Below, piece after piece: positions 51,214 through 64,000 of a stretch of DNA of 64,000 bases (position 1 is the first letter of the stretch; the number at the start of each line of letters is the position of its first letter). Position numbers and translations under genes: made by a program. The notes under the pieces are model-generated. The model searched no databases and was not told where the DNA came from. It saw only the letters and a list, made by a program, of their open reading frames with translations. The stretch comes from the human T2T-CHM13v2.0 reference genome, Homo sapiens, in assembly GCF_009914755.1 (NCBI RefSeq), contig NC_060938.1; one strand, given 5' to 3'.

Positions 51214-52236
51214 ATTAAGCTTTTGTAAAAACAGATGGCCCTTATACTATTGGGTCCAAATATTATATACAATGGGAATACTAAAAATCTAAAGCATATT
51301 GACTTGTTGCCTTTTTTTAAATGATTAAGTGGTCATTTTCTATACTTATTGAATTTCTAAGACATCTATAATTAATATATGTAACTATAAATTAATATGC
51401 AATGTTGTTCTTTATTAACTGCTAATAATCATGGACAGGGAAACAGTACTATCCATGGCCAGATGTGCTCAGATAATGATCCCTGTCCTGGTCCAGTTCA
51501 AGCATTTCTTGTCTTGGCTCTGCATCATTTATCATCCACTTCTATGCCTCAGGCCATCTGCATGGGAAGAGCTGCTACTTGTGCCAGAGATTTTAATGCT
51601 ATGTGCACACAATGCTCGTTCTCCTGAAACTGACCAGACTTCATAATTTAATTCTGATGTCTATAACTTTAGTTTTCTTCCTGCTTTTTTGACAATTACA
51701 ATCACACATATTAAACTAATCTTGAGCTCCAAATCCCTGTAACTTGCCACATAATTACAGCAGTGATTTAGTAACCTTTCAGATGGCCAAATGTTGTTTA
51801 TATACTTTAATTCAGGGTTTTAAATGATAAGATCCATTTCAACAGCTAGATTTTTCTCTAGTTATGTTTAAAAATTTTATGCATGAACAAGAACATTATA
51901 AAATATTTAAAGCTTCTTTGAAGTTAAATTTTAAAGCCAATCTCATAAATTCAAAATGACCCTTACTTTTGCCTTTCTGCATCTAGATGGGAGAGGACTA
52001 GTCAATAATCCTAATCTTGGCCTACGGAGCTGTGAGATTGTCTGAAGAGCCATGTCCTTTTGTGATGACACATGGCGTCATACTTCTCCAATTGTGTTTT
52101 GTTTCTAGTTTTAGCGATAGTCTTTTGCTGCCACTAACTATATATATGAAAGGATTTCTTTTCCAAGCTGATATACAAAAGGCTTTCCCCTTTCAGGATA
52201 TCAGTGATACTGTTTACTACAATATCTGTGAGATAA

Positions 52237-52668
<432 letters not shown>

Positions 52669-53069
52669 TGTATGAACCATATTTCTAATTCTTAAAATAT
52701 ATTGCCAAATTATTTCCAAAAGTGCTGTTCTGATTTATCAGGCTAATAGTCATGTTTTGTTTGATGACTAGTGTTCCAAGTATCGGTTACCTTCTAAATT
52801 TTAAAAACTTAAAAGGTAAAAGAAATCTATACTTTCCATTTATGTTTATGTTATAAATATACAGAAAAATTTCATTACATTGACTTTATATATGTATGTA
52901 TATATGACTTAATATATGTGTCTGTGTGTCTGTGTGTGTATACATACAGAGACATTGATGTCTGTTGAGTTAAGCACATAGAACTTCTATGTTTTTATGT
53001 AATCTTGGTGTCTCTAACTCTTTGGGCTATAGATTTAATTGGCCTGCAGAATCTGGTAATACCAATGAC

Positions 53070-53735
53070 CTATAGGTACTGAAGAAACAATGATAAACAT
53101 GATAGACACAGTTCATAATCTGGAGTCACAATCCTGTGGGGGAGACACAAGTAAGTAGGCAAATACAATACAGTATACTAAATGTGAAGTTAGAAGTTCA
53201 GGGTTCAGAGAGTGTACCAGGGAAGACATCATACCCAAACTAATTGGCTTAGGAAAGACTTTCTGAAGAAAGGGATACATAGGTAAAATCTGAAGATTGA
53301 ATAGTTATGTGGCAATGAAGCAGGGCAGTTGGGGAATGAGGGGAGCAGTATACCTTCCACAAAAACCTAGAAGAGAAAATATAGCTTGGTCAAGGTACTG
53401 TAAGAAACCTGGTATGGCTTTATCAGACAGTACAAAAGAGGTCAAAAACTGAGGCTTGGTCATTAGAAAAGGCCAGATACAGTATGATTTTGGAGACTAT
53501 ATTAAGAAAGTTGAACTTTATGCTAAGGATAATAGAAAGCATGTTACCTAGCCATTAAACAGTTTTAAGTAGGGGATGACATGGTCAGCCTTGTGTTTCA
53601 GGAATACCACTTTGGTTTTAGACAGGAAAATATACTTGGTGAGCTGGGAGGATGCAAGTATAAAAGCATTGAGACTAGTTAAGAACCTTGCATGTTGTAA
53701 TAATCCACATGAGACAAGATGATGGCTTGGGTTGG
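53070..53735 (-). mobile_element. L2 fragment (resumes at ~60385-60654 and ~61113-61640)
   Basis: ggaaagactttctgaag…tgaagattgaatag…gccattaaacagttttaagtaggggatgacatggtcag; later ggactagggtg…gagatgga…gtggtcagattcagga. Confidence 0.7.
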
Positions 53736-53785
53736 GCTTCCAGATGGCAGTGTAGACCCATCCCAGCAAAACAAGCATAATTGGT

Positions 53786-54183
53786 TGTATGAGTTTGCTG
53801 GGGCTGCCATAACAAAGTACCAAAAACTGGGTGGCTTAAACAACAGAAATTTGCTTTCTCATAGTTCTGAAGGCTAGAAGTTTGAAATCAAGATTTTGAC
53901 AGGGTTGGTTTCTTCTGTGGTGTTTCTTTTTGGCTTGTAGATGGCAATCTTCTCCTTGTGTCTTCACATGGTCTTCCCTCTGTACTGTACAAGTCTGTTT
54001 TCTAATTTCCTCTTCTTACAAGGATACCAGTCATTCTGGATTAGGGCTCACCCTAATGACCTCATTTTAACTTACTTGACTCTTTACAGACCCTATCTCA
54101 AAATACAGTTACACTATGAGTTACTAGAGGTTAGGACTTCAACACATGAATTTGGAGGGGGCACACAACTTCATCCCATAATA
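53786..54183 (-). mobile_element. MLT1A0-like LTR (a second terminal fragment lies at 60294-60367)
   Basis: tgtatgagtttgctggggctgccataacaaagtacc…ggttaggacttcaacacatgaattt…cccataata. Confidence 0.88.
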
Positions 54184-57066
54184 CTGTTGAAAACTATAAA
54201 AACAAAAACAACCATCTAAAGTCTGTGGAAATTGTCCTAAGGGCATACAGCAAATGAAGAAGCATTCTTTTTTTTCAAGAAAATCCACTAAAACTGAGTA
54301 AGAACAGTAACAGTCTATGGCGTCTGAGCCATACACTCGATTCCTACCCATCTTCCTCACCCCCTGAGCTCATCTTGGTCAAAACTCTACTCTGGGTGAG
54401 TGTGACCAAGAACATAGGGCTCCCTGTCTCCTCAACTCTCAATCAAGAGAGGCAATATCTCACCAGGAGGAAAAGGCCACCAGCATTTTTCATCCATTCC
54501 AACTCTGAGTTGCAAAGGCTAAATTCCTGGTAAGTGTGGCCCCATACAGGGGACAAAAGTTCTATGCCAGGTGCAGCAGAGTGAGAACACTGGGAACTCC
54601 AATCACCCTTAACCCAGCTTGCTCATATGGCAGAGGTTCCACTTCAGAAGCAAGTCAAGAAGATCAGAGCCTCCTGTTCTACCCAGTGCCCAGAATAATA
54701 ACTAAGCAATTTTGCCCATGAGTAGACGCAGCCCATAAAAACAGAGAGCCCTGAAGCTCTCCCCAGAGGACTTACCTTTATTTGAAACAGAGTGTGGGTG
54801 ATGGTCAAGCCTCGGGTTGCTCTAAAAAAAACAATAGTTTCCTGTAATAAAAAGCAACAAGCTAAACCATAAGCTAGCTAGTTTACCAGAGAGAACCAGG
54901 GAAGGAGACAACTAAGAAGAGCCCTCTTGAGGTTAGAGGAAACCTCCAAGACTGGCCTCAAAAACTACCAATGCCTGAATTTTATTGGATTAGACTGTGG
55001 AGCAATTTATGCCCCAGGGGGTATCTTCTTAAACAGAGAAATCATCCTACACTTAGTGTAGCACAACAGCTAGAGGTAACACCAAACGAGACAGAAAGTT
55101 TAACAGAGAGATCAAGGAAAGAGACAGTCAAAGGGAGCCTTGCTAGAACCACTGATATCCCCTGGTGACGGTGCACATGTCCAAGGCTGCACTCTCTGAG
55201 AAATGGGAGCAGAGGCCTTCCGCTACTGGAGAAATAGACTTCACCAAAATAGCCTAGCCAAGTCACTAAACAAACCACAATCAAATAAAAACAAAAGACA
55301 AGTCCAAACCATATAGAGGGAATCAGTACTCAGAATTGCTATAATGTATTACCTAAAATGTCCAGTTTTCAATGAAAAAATTGTCATGCAGCGAAATAGC
55401 AAAGTATGACCCATAGATCAGAGAAAAAAGTAGGCAACAGAAACTACCTGTGACAGAGCCAAAATGTCAGATTTAACAAAGATATCAAAGCATTCATTAT
55501 AAACATATTCAACAAACTTAAATAAATCGTGCTTAAAGAACTTAAAGGAAGGTATGATGACAATGTTGCATCGAAAAGAGAATATCAATAAATAGAAATT
55601 ATTTTTAAGAAGCACCAAATGGAATGTCTAGAGTTAAAAAGTACAATAACTGTAATAAAAAAAATCACTACAGGCGCTCACCAGTAATTTAGAGGCAGAA
55701 GAAAGAATCTGTAAACTTGAGATAGATTCACAGAGATTATGCAATCAGAAGAACGGAAGAAAAAAGAATAAAGAAAAATGAGCAATAAATGTGGGACACC
55801 ATTTAGTTTACCAACATATGCTTAACGAGATTACCAGAAGGAAAGGAGGGAGAAAGGAGCAAAAAATACATGGATTTGAAGAAATAATGACTGAAACCTT
55901 CATATTTTCCAGAAAACATTAATCTAAATGTACAAGAAGTTCAACAAATGCCAATAGGACAAATGCAAAGAGCTCCACACCCAGATACATCATAGTAAAA
56001 ATGCTAACAAAGACAAAAAAAAAACTTGAATGCAGCCACAGAAAAACAACTTGTCACGTACAAGTGAACCTTGATAAGATTATTAGATACCTCTCATCAG
56101 AAATAATGGAGATCAGAAGACAGTGGATGACATATTCAAAGCACTGGAAGAAAAAACTATACACCAAATATCTTATATAGAACAAAACCATCTTTCAAAA
56201 ATGAAGGTTAAATGAAGACATTCCCAGATAAACATAAACTGAGAAAAGTGGTTGCAAACAGATCTTCCTTATAAGAAATACTAAAGGAAGCTTCTCAAGT
56301 TAAAAGCAAGTGTGCCTAGATGGTAATTTAAAGCCACAAGAAAAACAAAGAGAATGGGCAAAGGTGATTATGTAATTATAAAAGGCAGTATAAATGTATA
56401 TTTATTTTCCTTTTGTCTCTTAGCTGATTTAAAAAACAATTGTATAAAACAATTTTTTACAATTGCATTGTTAGGCCTATAACATACAGAAATGTAATAT
56501 AATTAACAACAACAGCATAAAGGTGGTGGGTGGGAGCAAAGTGTATTGGAGGAAGGAAATTATACCAGATGATAATTTAAATCCACAGGAACAAATGAAG
56601 ATAACCAAAAATGATAATATGAATATTAATATAATAAACACTAAATATATACTTGTTCTTGTTTCTTTCCTCAGCTTCTTTATTAAACATAAAAGTACAT
56701 AAATTAATAATTATAACAATATATTACTGAATTTATAACATAGATACAATATATAACAATAACACAAAAAGTAGAAAGAGTAAACAGTTACATAGGAGTA
56801 ATGTTTCTGTATCCCACTAGAATTAAGTTAGTATAAATCTGAAGTAGATTCTGATAAATTAATATATATAGTAAACTTTAAAGAAAATGCTAAAAAAAAC
56901 TTTCAAAATATACACTATAAGAAATTCTTATAGGATTATATGTTATACTAGAAAGTGTTTATTGTAAAAGACGCAGTAAAGGAGGAATAGAGGAATGAAG
57001 TAGTCATAAAACATATAGAAAACATAAAGTAAAATGACAGAAATCCAACCATATTAACAATAACAT

Positions 57067-57496
<430 letters not shown>

Positions 57497-58545
57497 TCAA
57501 AGGGCAAACATTGTTAGACTAGGTAGAAAGAAATAAAAACAAAAACAAAAACCCTCAAGGTCTAGTTATATGCTGTCTACAGGAGACACACTTTTCAGAT
57601 TAAAAAATACAAATGGTTGAAAGTAAAAGGATGGAAAAGATATATCATACAAATAGCAGCAATAAGAAAGCTGAAGTGGTTATGCTAATATCAGGAAAAA
57701 TGAATATAAAACCAATAAAAAATTCTAGGTGTAAAGAAGGAAATTTTATGATGAGAAGGGTCAATCCTCAGGAATATATAACAATTATAAAGATATATGT
57801 CAGAGCCCCAAAATACATGAAACACAAACTTTCAGAACGAAGAGCAAAATAGACAATTCAACAATATTTGGAGAACTTCAATACTCCACTTTCAACAATG
57901 GACAGAACAAGTAGGCAGAATATCAACAAGAAACTAGAAGACTTGAACAACACTATACACCAATCAGACCTAACAGACATCTAACTATAGAACACCCAGT
58001 GATGGAAGAATGCAAATTCTTCTCAAGTGATGGAATATTCTCTGGGATAGGCCATATACCAGGCCATAAAACAAATCTCAATAAATTTTAAAAAGATTGA
58101 AATCATACAAGGTATGTTCTCTGACCACAATAGAATGAAATTAGAAATTAATAACAAAAATAAATTTGCGAATTCACAAACGTGAAAATGAAAAACACAC
58201 TCCTAAATAGCCAATTGACAAAAAAGGGTATCAAAAGAGAAAATTAGTATATGCTTTGAGATGAATGAAATGATGACACAACAAAACAAAAGTTATGGGA
58301 TACAGCTAAAGCAGGGTTGGGAAATTTAGAGCTTAAACACATACGTTAAAAAAATAAAGATCTCAAATCAATAATCATAACTTTCATCTTAAAACAATCA
58401 GGGTAAAAGGGGGCATAAACCCAAAGCATAAAGAAGAAGGAAATAATCAAGAAGAGAATAGAAAAATGGTAGAGAAAACCAACAAAACTAAAAGTTGGTG
58501 CTTTGGAAAGGTCAACAAAATTGAGAAACCTTTAGCTATACTGAC

Positions 58546-59145
58546 TTTGTTTTGTGTTGCTATAACAGAAGGCTGGGTAATTTATAAACAAAATAGGTCA
58601 TGATTATTAGCTCGTGGTGCAAATGGCTGGGAAGCTCAAGGGCATGGCCCTGGCTTCTGGTGAGGTCTTCTGTGCTGGGTCATAACATGGCACAGAAGGT
58701 CAAAAGGGAAGCGGACAAGTGCAAAGAGAGAAAACCTAAGGGGTATCCTGGCTTTATAACAACCCATTCTCAAGGGAACTAATTCATTCCCAAGAGAACT
58801 AATCCAGTCTCATCAGAGTGAGAACTCACTCACTATGAGAACAACACCAGGGCCAGCATTGAGGCTATCACCTTTACTTGGGAGGCTGAACTGGAGGAGC
58901 ACTTGAGACCAGGAGTTTGAGGTTGTAGTGAGTCATGATTGCACCATCTCTCCCCAGCCTGAGTGACAGAGAGATACCCTATATATTTTTTTTAAAAAAG
59001 AACAGCACCAAGCCATTCACAAGATCCACCCCCTTTATTCAAATCCCTCCCAATAGGCCCCACCTCCCAATACCATCACATGGGGAATCAAATTTCAACA
59101 TGAGTTTTGATGGAGACAAACTCAAACCATATCCAAACCATAACA
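58546..59145 (-). mobile_element. MSTB-type LTR with a nested Alu monomer (58851-58998, +)
   Basis: MST termini with TSD ctgac; Alu monomer with TSD agaaca(a/g)cacca. Confidence 0.85.
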
Positions 59146-59746
59146 CTGACCAATAAATAAAAGAAAGAAGACTCAAATTACTAAAACCAGCAATAAAGAG
59201 AGGACATTAATATCAATGTTACAGATATAAAAAGGATTATAATACTATGAACAACGTTAGGCCAACAAATTAGACAACTTACATGAAATGGACGTATTCC
59301 TAGAAAGATGCAAACTACCACAACCAACTCAAGAAGAAATAGAAAATCATAGTAGACTTATAACAAGAGATTGAATTAGTAATTTAAAAGCTACCTACAA
59401 AGGAAAGCCCAGGCCTAGGTGACTTCACTGCTAGACTCTATCAGACAGTTAAAGAAGAGTTAATACAAATTCTTCACAAACACTTCCAAAAAATAGAAAA
59501 GGAGGGAACACTTCCCAGCTTATTTTACGAGGCCAGTTATATCCTGATAGCAAAACCAAAGACATTACAAGAAAACTACAGACCAATATCTCTAAGGAAT
59601 ATAGACATAAAAATATGCAACAAAATACTAGCAAACTGAATGTGGCAATATATAAAAAGAATTATACACCATGGCTAAGTGGGATTTATACCAAGAATGC
59701 AAGGTTGATTTCATGTCCCAAAATCAATCAATGTAATACACTGTAT

Positions 59747-60090
<344 letters not shown>

Positions 60091-60654
60091 TCAACACTTC
60101 TTCAAGATAAAAACAGACGACCTTCTAGGAATAGAAGGAAACTTCCTCACCTGTATAAAAGGCAACTATTTAGAATTCACATTAACATCATACTTAGTGG
60201 TAAAAGACAACGCTTTTCTCCTAAGAACAGGAACAAGATAAGTATGTTTGGCCACTCTTGCCATTTCTATTCAACATTGTAATGGAGGTCTAGTGTCTTA
60301 GCTTGGGCTGCCATAATAAAATATCATAGACTGGGTGGCTTAAACAATAGAAATTTATTTTCTCACAAATTTAGGAAGTTCTCATTGTACTCAAGGCAAG
60401 AAAACTCTGGACTAGGGTGTTGGCTGTTGAGATGGAAATTGGTGGTCAGATTCAGGATACGTTTTGAAGGTAACGTTTACAAGATTTGCTCATAGGTTAC
60501 AAGAGGAGAAGGTGAAGAGAGAGAACAATAAAGAATTAACATGTACATGTTTGGCTAGAGAAACCTGGTGAACCTCGGGGCTCTTTAGTGGATGGAAGAC
60601 CAGGAGAGGAAGAATCAAGAATTATCTTTTTTGGCCGTTTGATGTTTGAGCTTC

Positions 60655-61112
60655 TGAACCCCCAAAATCTGAGACAGGTCTCAGTCAATTTAGGAAGTTT
60701 ATTTTGCCAAAATTAAGAATGCGCGCCCATGACATAGCCTGAGGAGGTGCTGAGGACATGTGCCTAAGGTGGGTGGAGCACAGCTTGATTTTATATTATA
60801 TATTTTAGGGAGACATGAGACATCAATCAACATATGTAAGATGAACATTGTATTGGCCTGGAAAGGTGGGACAACTCAAAGCAAAGGCGGGACAAACTCG
60901 AAGCCAGGAAGGGGCTTCCAGGTCATAGGTGGGTAAGAGACAAATGGTGGCATTCTTCTAAGTTTCTGATTAGCCTTCCAAAGGAGGCAATCAGATATGC
61001 ATTTATCTCAGTGAGAAGAAGGATGAGAGGCAGGTTTGCCCTAAGCAGTTCCCAGCTTGACTTTTCCCTTTAGCTTAATGATTTTGGGGCCCCAAGATTT
61101 CTTTTCCTTTCA
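60655..61112 (-). mobile_element. MER4A-type ERV1 solo LTR
   Basis: The - strand begins tgaaaggaaaagaaatcttggggccccaaaatcattaagctaaagggaaaagtcaagctgggaactgc. Confidence 0.88.
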
Positions 61113-61147
61113 CCAGCTATTACATACCCAAGAGATGTTTAGCAAGG

Positions 61148-61305
61148 AGTTGAATACATATGCCTGTAGTTCCCAGAAGGATCAGAGTCTGAATGATATA
61201 CAGTTGAATACATATGCCTGTAGTTCCCAGAAAGATCAGAGTCTGAATGATATACAGTTGAATACATATGCCTGTAGTTCCCAGAAAGATGAGAGCCTGA
61301 TGATA
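61148..61305. repeat. 54-bp minisatellite, ~2.9 copies
   Basis: Units start at 61148, 61202 and 61256 (agttgaatacatatgcctgtagttcccagaa…). Confidence 0.97.
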
Positions 61306-61647
61306 TGAAGAGAAAGGTGGCGGGAGATGGGGGGCGGGGGGCAGTAAAGCATCCTGGAGATGCCGATGTCCGGAAGTAAAGGAGGACCAGCCAAGAAGTT
61401 TGAGAAGAATCAGCTACTGTAGGACAGAAAAAAAAGCGAGCTGCCCAGACAGCAAGATAGTAAAGTGTTTCAAGGGTGTGGTAGAATGGGGCTAGGAGTC
61501 ATGCTAGATGCATTGAGAAGAAACAATTGGGATTTATCTTGCTGGTCGCTGGTGTCCTTGAGAGGGCTATTCAGTGGAGGGGTGGGGAAGGGGACTAATT
61601 GGGGTTAGTTAAGTTGAAAAGGTGAGGTAAGATAGTGGCAACTATTT

Positions 61648-61930
<283 letters not shown>

Positions 61931-62081
61931 GCAACTATTTTCATTTGACTGATGGGGCAGTGCACATTTTGGTTTGCATTTGTATTTACGAATGTTTGAG
62001 AGAAAAAACTCAAATATGTTACAAGCCTATGTGTCTGGTTCCATTTTGAAGTACTGACCTAGGATCTCTGTACCTACTGAA

Positions 62082-62325
62082 TTTTTTTTGAGAGATAACA
62101 TACACCTGAAAGTGCATAAAGTGCACTGTCTTAAAATGTACAGCTTGATCCTTCTTTAAAAAAAATCATATACGTACGCCCATGTAACTACTGTTCATAT
62201 CTAGATGTTGAACACCTCCAACACATCCAACATAACCATAATGTTCCTCTGCACCTTCCCTGTCTATAATCTCTCAGAAGTAAACCAATATTCCGACTCC
62301 TATAAAATCCATTAGCTTTACTACA
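62082..62325 (-). mobile_element. L1ME/MC 3' end fragment
   Basis: ttttttgagagataacatacac…aagtgcac…cttaaaatgtacagcttgat…cccatgtaactac. Confidence 0.6.
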
Positions 62326-62419
62326 TGTTTCAAAGAAAACAAATGAGAACTCTGAAGGACATTTAATTGGAAAACTGCTTTAGCACATTATAAACTTACC
62401 AATTTGCTTGTAAACGCTA

Positions 62420-63260
62420 ACCATTTGGCGCCAAAATCCTGGGAGGGTCTTTTAAACCGTTCTTCCTCAAAGCACCGCCCCACTTTTTACACCACGCCTC
62501 CTTTTGCTCTGTTCCTTCCCCCACAATATTGGGACACCCTAGGCGGTAGAAGCAGCCGCTTTTCTGTCATGCGCATTGCGGAGAGTCGTTCTTCCCTCTT
62601 TCCCGACTTCACCACTCACTGGGATCAGACCCCTGTCATGCGCATTGAGAGTCCTCTAGACAGGCGCTCCTCGCAGCACCGTAGTGCGCTTGCGCTGAGC
62701 AGCCCGCGAGGGCGGAAGTGGGAGCTGCGACCGCGCTCCCTGTGAGGTGGGCAAGCGGCGAAATGGCGCCCTCCGGGAGTCTTGCAGTTCCCCTGGCAGT
62801 CCTGGTGCTGTTGCTTTGGGGTGCTCCCTGGACGCACGGGCGGCGGAGCAACGTTCGCGTCATCACGGACGAGAACTGGAGAGAACTGCTGGAAGGAGAC
62901 TGGATGATAGAATTGTGAGTGCGGGGCGGCCAGGGTCCTACGTCCGTGCCTGGACACACGACTTCACCCCGCACGTTCCTCGTGCGGGTCGCAGGCTCCC
63001 CAGGACTGCGCCTCCGAGTTGCGGAGCGAGCGTCCCCGACTTCTGCAGCTCCCCAAACTCTTGGGATCTGCCGCCAGCTTGGTCCCACCCCCTCGTCTCT
63101 TACCCGTGAATGTTAAGTTTCTTCTGGGGTGCACCCTCGTTTCGTTTCTTGGGTTGTGGTGCGCCCAAAGGGTTAGTGCCAATGCGAATTCTGACATTTT
63201 TCATGACTTTGAGGATGCGACTGGGGCGCGGGGAGGGAGGTGTCCGACTCGTGTCTAAGT
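62420..63260 (+). promoter_or_regulatory. TMX1: TMX1 CpG-island promoter
   Basis: Sharp rise in GC and CpG around exon 1. GC box (ccgcccc ~62475), NRF1-like catgcgca twice, ETS/GABP-like cggaagtg (62713-62720), and YY1-like aaatggcg overlapping the ATG. Confidence 0.9.
62763..62914 (+). CDS. TMX1: TMX1 coding exon 1 (signal peptide and start of thioredoxin domain); gene continues beyond the window
   Basis: ATG at 62763 in strong context (gcgaaATGg) translates as MAPSGSLAVPLAVLVLLLWGAPWTHGRRSNVRVITDENWRELLEGDWMIE, the human TMX1 N-terminus. It ends GAA TT|gtgagt, a canonical donor at 62915 that splits the Phe codon before YAPWCPAC. Confidence 0.97.
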
Positions 63261-64000
63261 AGTTAAAGTGATTCTTCACAGACTTCTACACTTATTTTCA
63301 CCACATTTTACATAAGAGAATATTGAGCAAAATTTCTCCTCTCGTTTTGTCTGTCCTTAAAAGATAGTCTCTTTATGGTGTTGGAATTTGGCGCTTTTAA
63401 GCTTTTTTTAATGGATTAGGTACGTTTCTTTTTTATTGTAAATACTGAGTCAATTCAAGTTGGGTTATTTTTAAGTTTTCGTTTTCTCTTTTTGCCTCCT
63501 CTTTTGCTTTCTCTTTTTTTCACTCCTCATCTCATTTTTCCTTTGGGTGTCTTTGTAGTGTAGAGAATACCTTGGGTTGTGACTCCTAGGTCTTTGTAAA
63601 TGGTATTACATTAAAAGATAATGTATTAATGTATACACTCTCAAGAGCGCCAGGTCATCATTTATTGCTCGAACGAAATCATGTATTTTGTGTGGTGATT
63701 TCAATTTAATAATATCTGTTCTGCCGCGGTGGGAAATAAAGTATCTGTCTTTGCTTTAGATGCTAAGTCGTTGTTGATGGTGGTATTATACATATTAGCA
63801 GTATTTACTGATAATAGTAAAAGCATAATTATTAACAGTGTACTGGACACCACTAAGCACCTTTACACGAATACCATATTTAATTCCCTACAAATTCTCT
63901 ATGACAGGTGTTTTTCACGTTTTACAAATGAGTAACAAGATACCTAAATACTTTAGTTAACCTATGCAGATATTGCTGTGCTGGCTTTCTTTGGGTCTTC
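62915..64000 (+). other. TMX1: TMX1 intron 1 (5' part)
   Basis: Starts gtgagt. The in-frame TGA lies immediately inside it, and no exon 2 sequence (YAPWCPAC) is seen in the window. Confidence 0.9.
63825..63965 (-). mobile_element. MIR in TMX1 intron 1
   Basis: ctaagcacctttacac…catatttaattcccta…ctctatgacaggt…ttttacaaatgag. Confidence 0.65.

Noticed and set aside
61057-61308. ORF with an 18-aa repeat; array superficially CRISPR-like
   Set aside because: Contiguous 54-bp tandem units with no spacers and no cas genes, in eukaryotic DNA. The peptide repeat arises only because 54 is divisible by 3.
62625-63258. Antisense and alternative-frame ORFs over TMX1 exon 1
   Set aside because: Expected from stop-codon depletion in a CpG island; no recognisable protein features.

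Overview
Primate, most likely human, genomic DNA: about 62 kb of repeat-dense intergenic sequence followed by the CpG-island promoter, coding exon 1 and start of intron 1 of TMX1 (thioredoxin-related transmembrane protein 1). From recall this is 14q22.1, near TRIM9. The only supportable protein-coding feature is TMX1 exon 1 (62763-62914, +). The other ORFs in the track come from microsatellites, Alu, L1 or MaLR sequence, or are chance ORFs. Much of the window is recognisable interspersed repeat: Alu, L1PA/L1M, L2, MIR, MaLR (including a two-LTR THE1 element with an exact TSD), an ERV-L/HERV16-type pol-dUTPase remnant with LTR16, MER21, MER4A, and hAT/Tigger MITEs. I found no convincing novel biological system. 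The most notable signals are several locally templated duplications and template-switch scars, a 54-bp VNTR about 1.5 kb upstream of TMX1, a consensus CTCF site, an ARE/AP-1 element, and a duplicated NRF1-like promoter motif. Repeat families were assigned by eye from remembered consensus sequences, so boundaries without TSD support are approximate.
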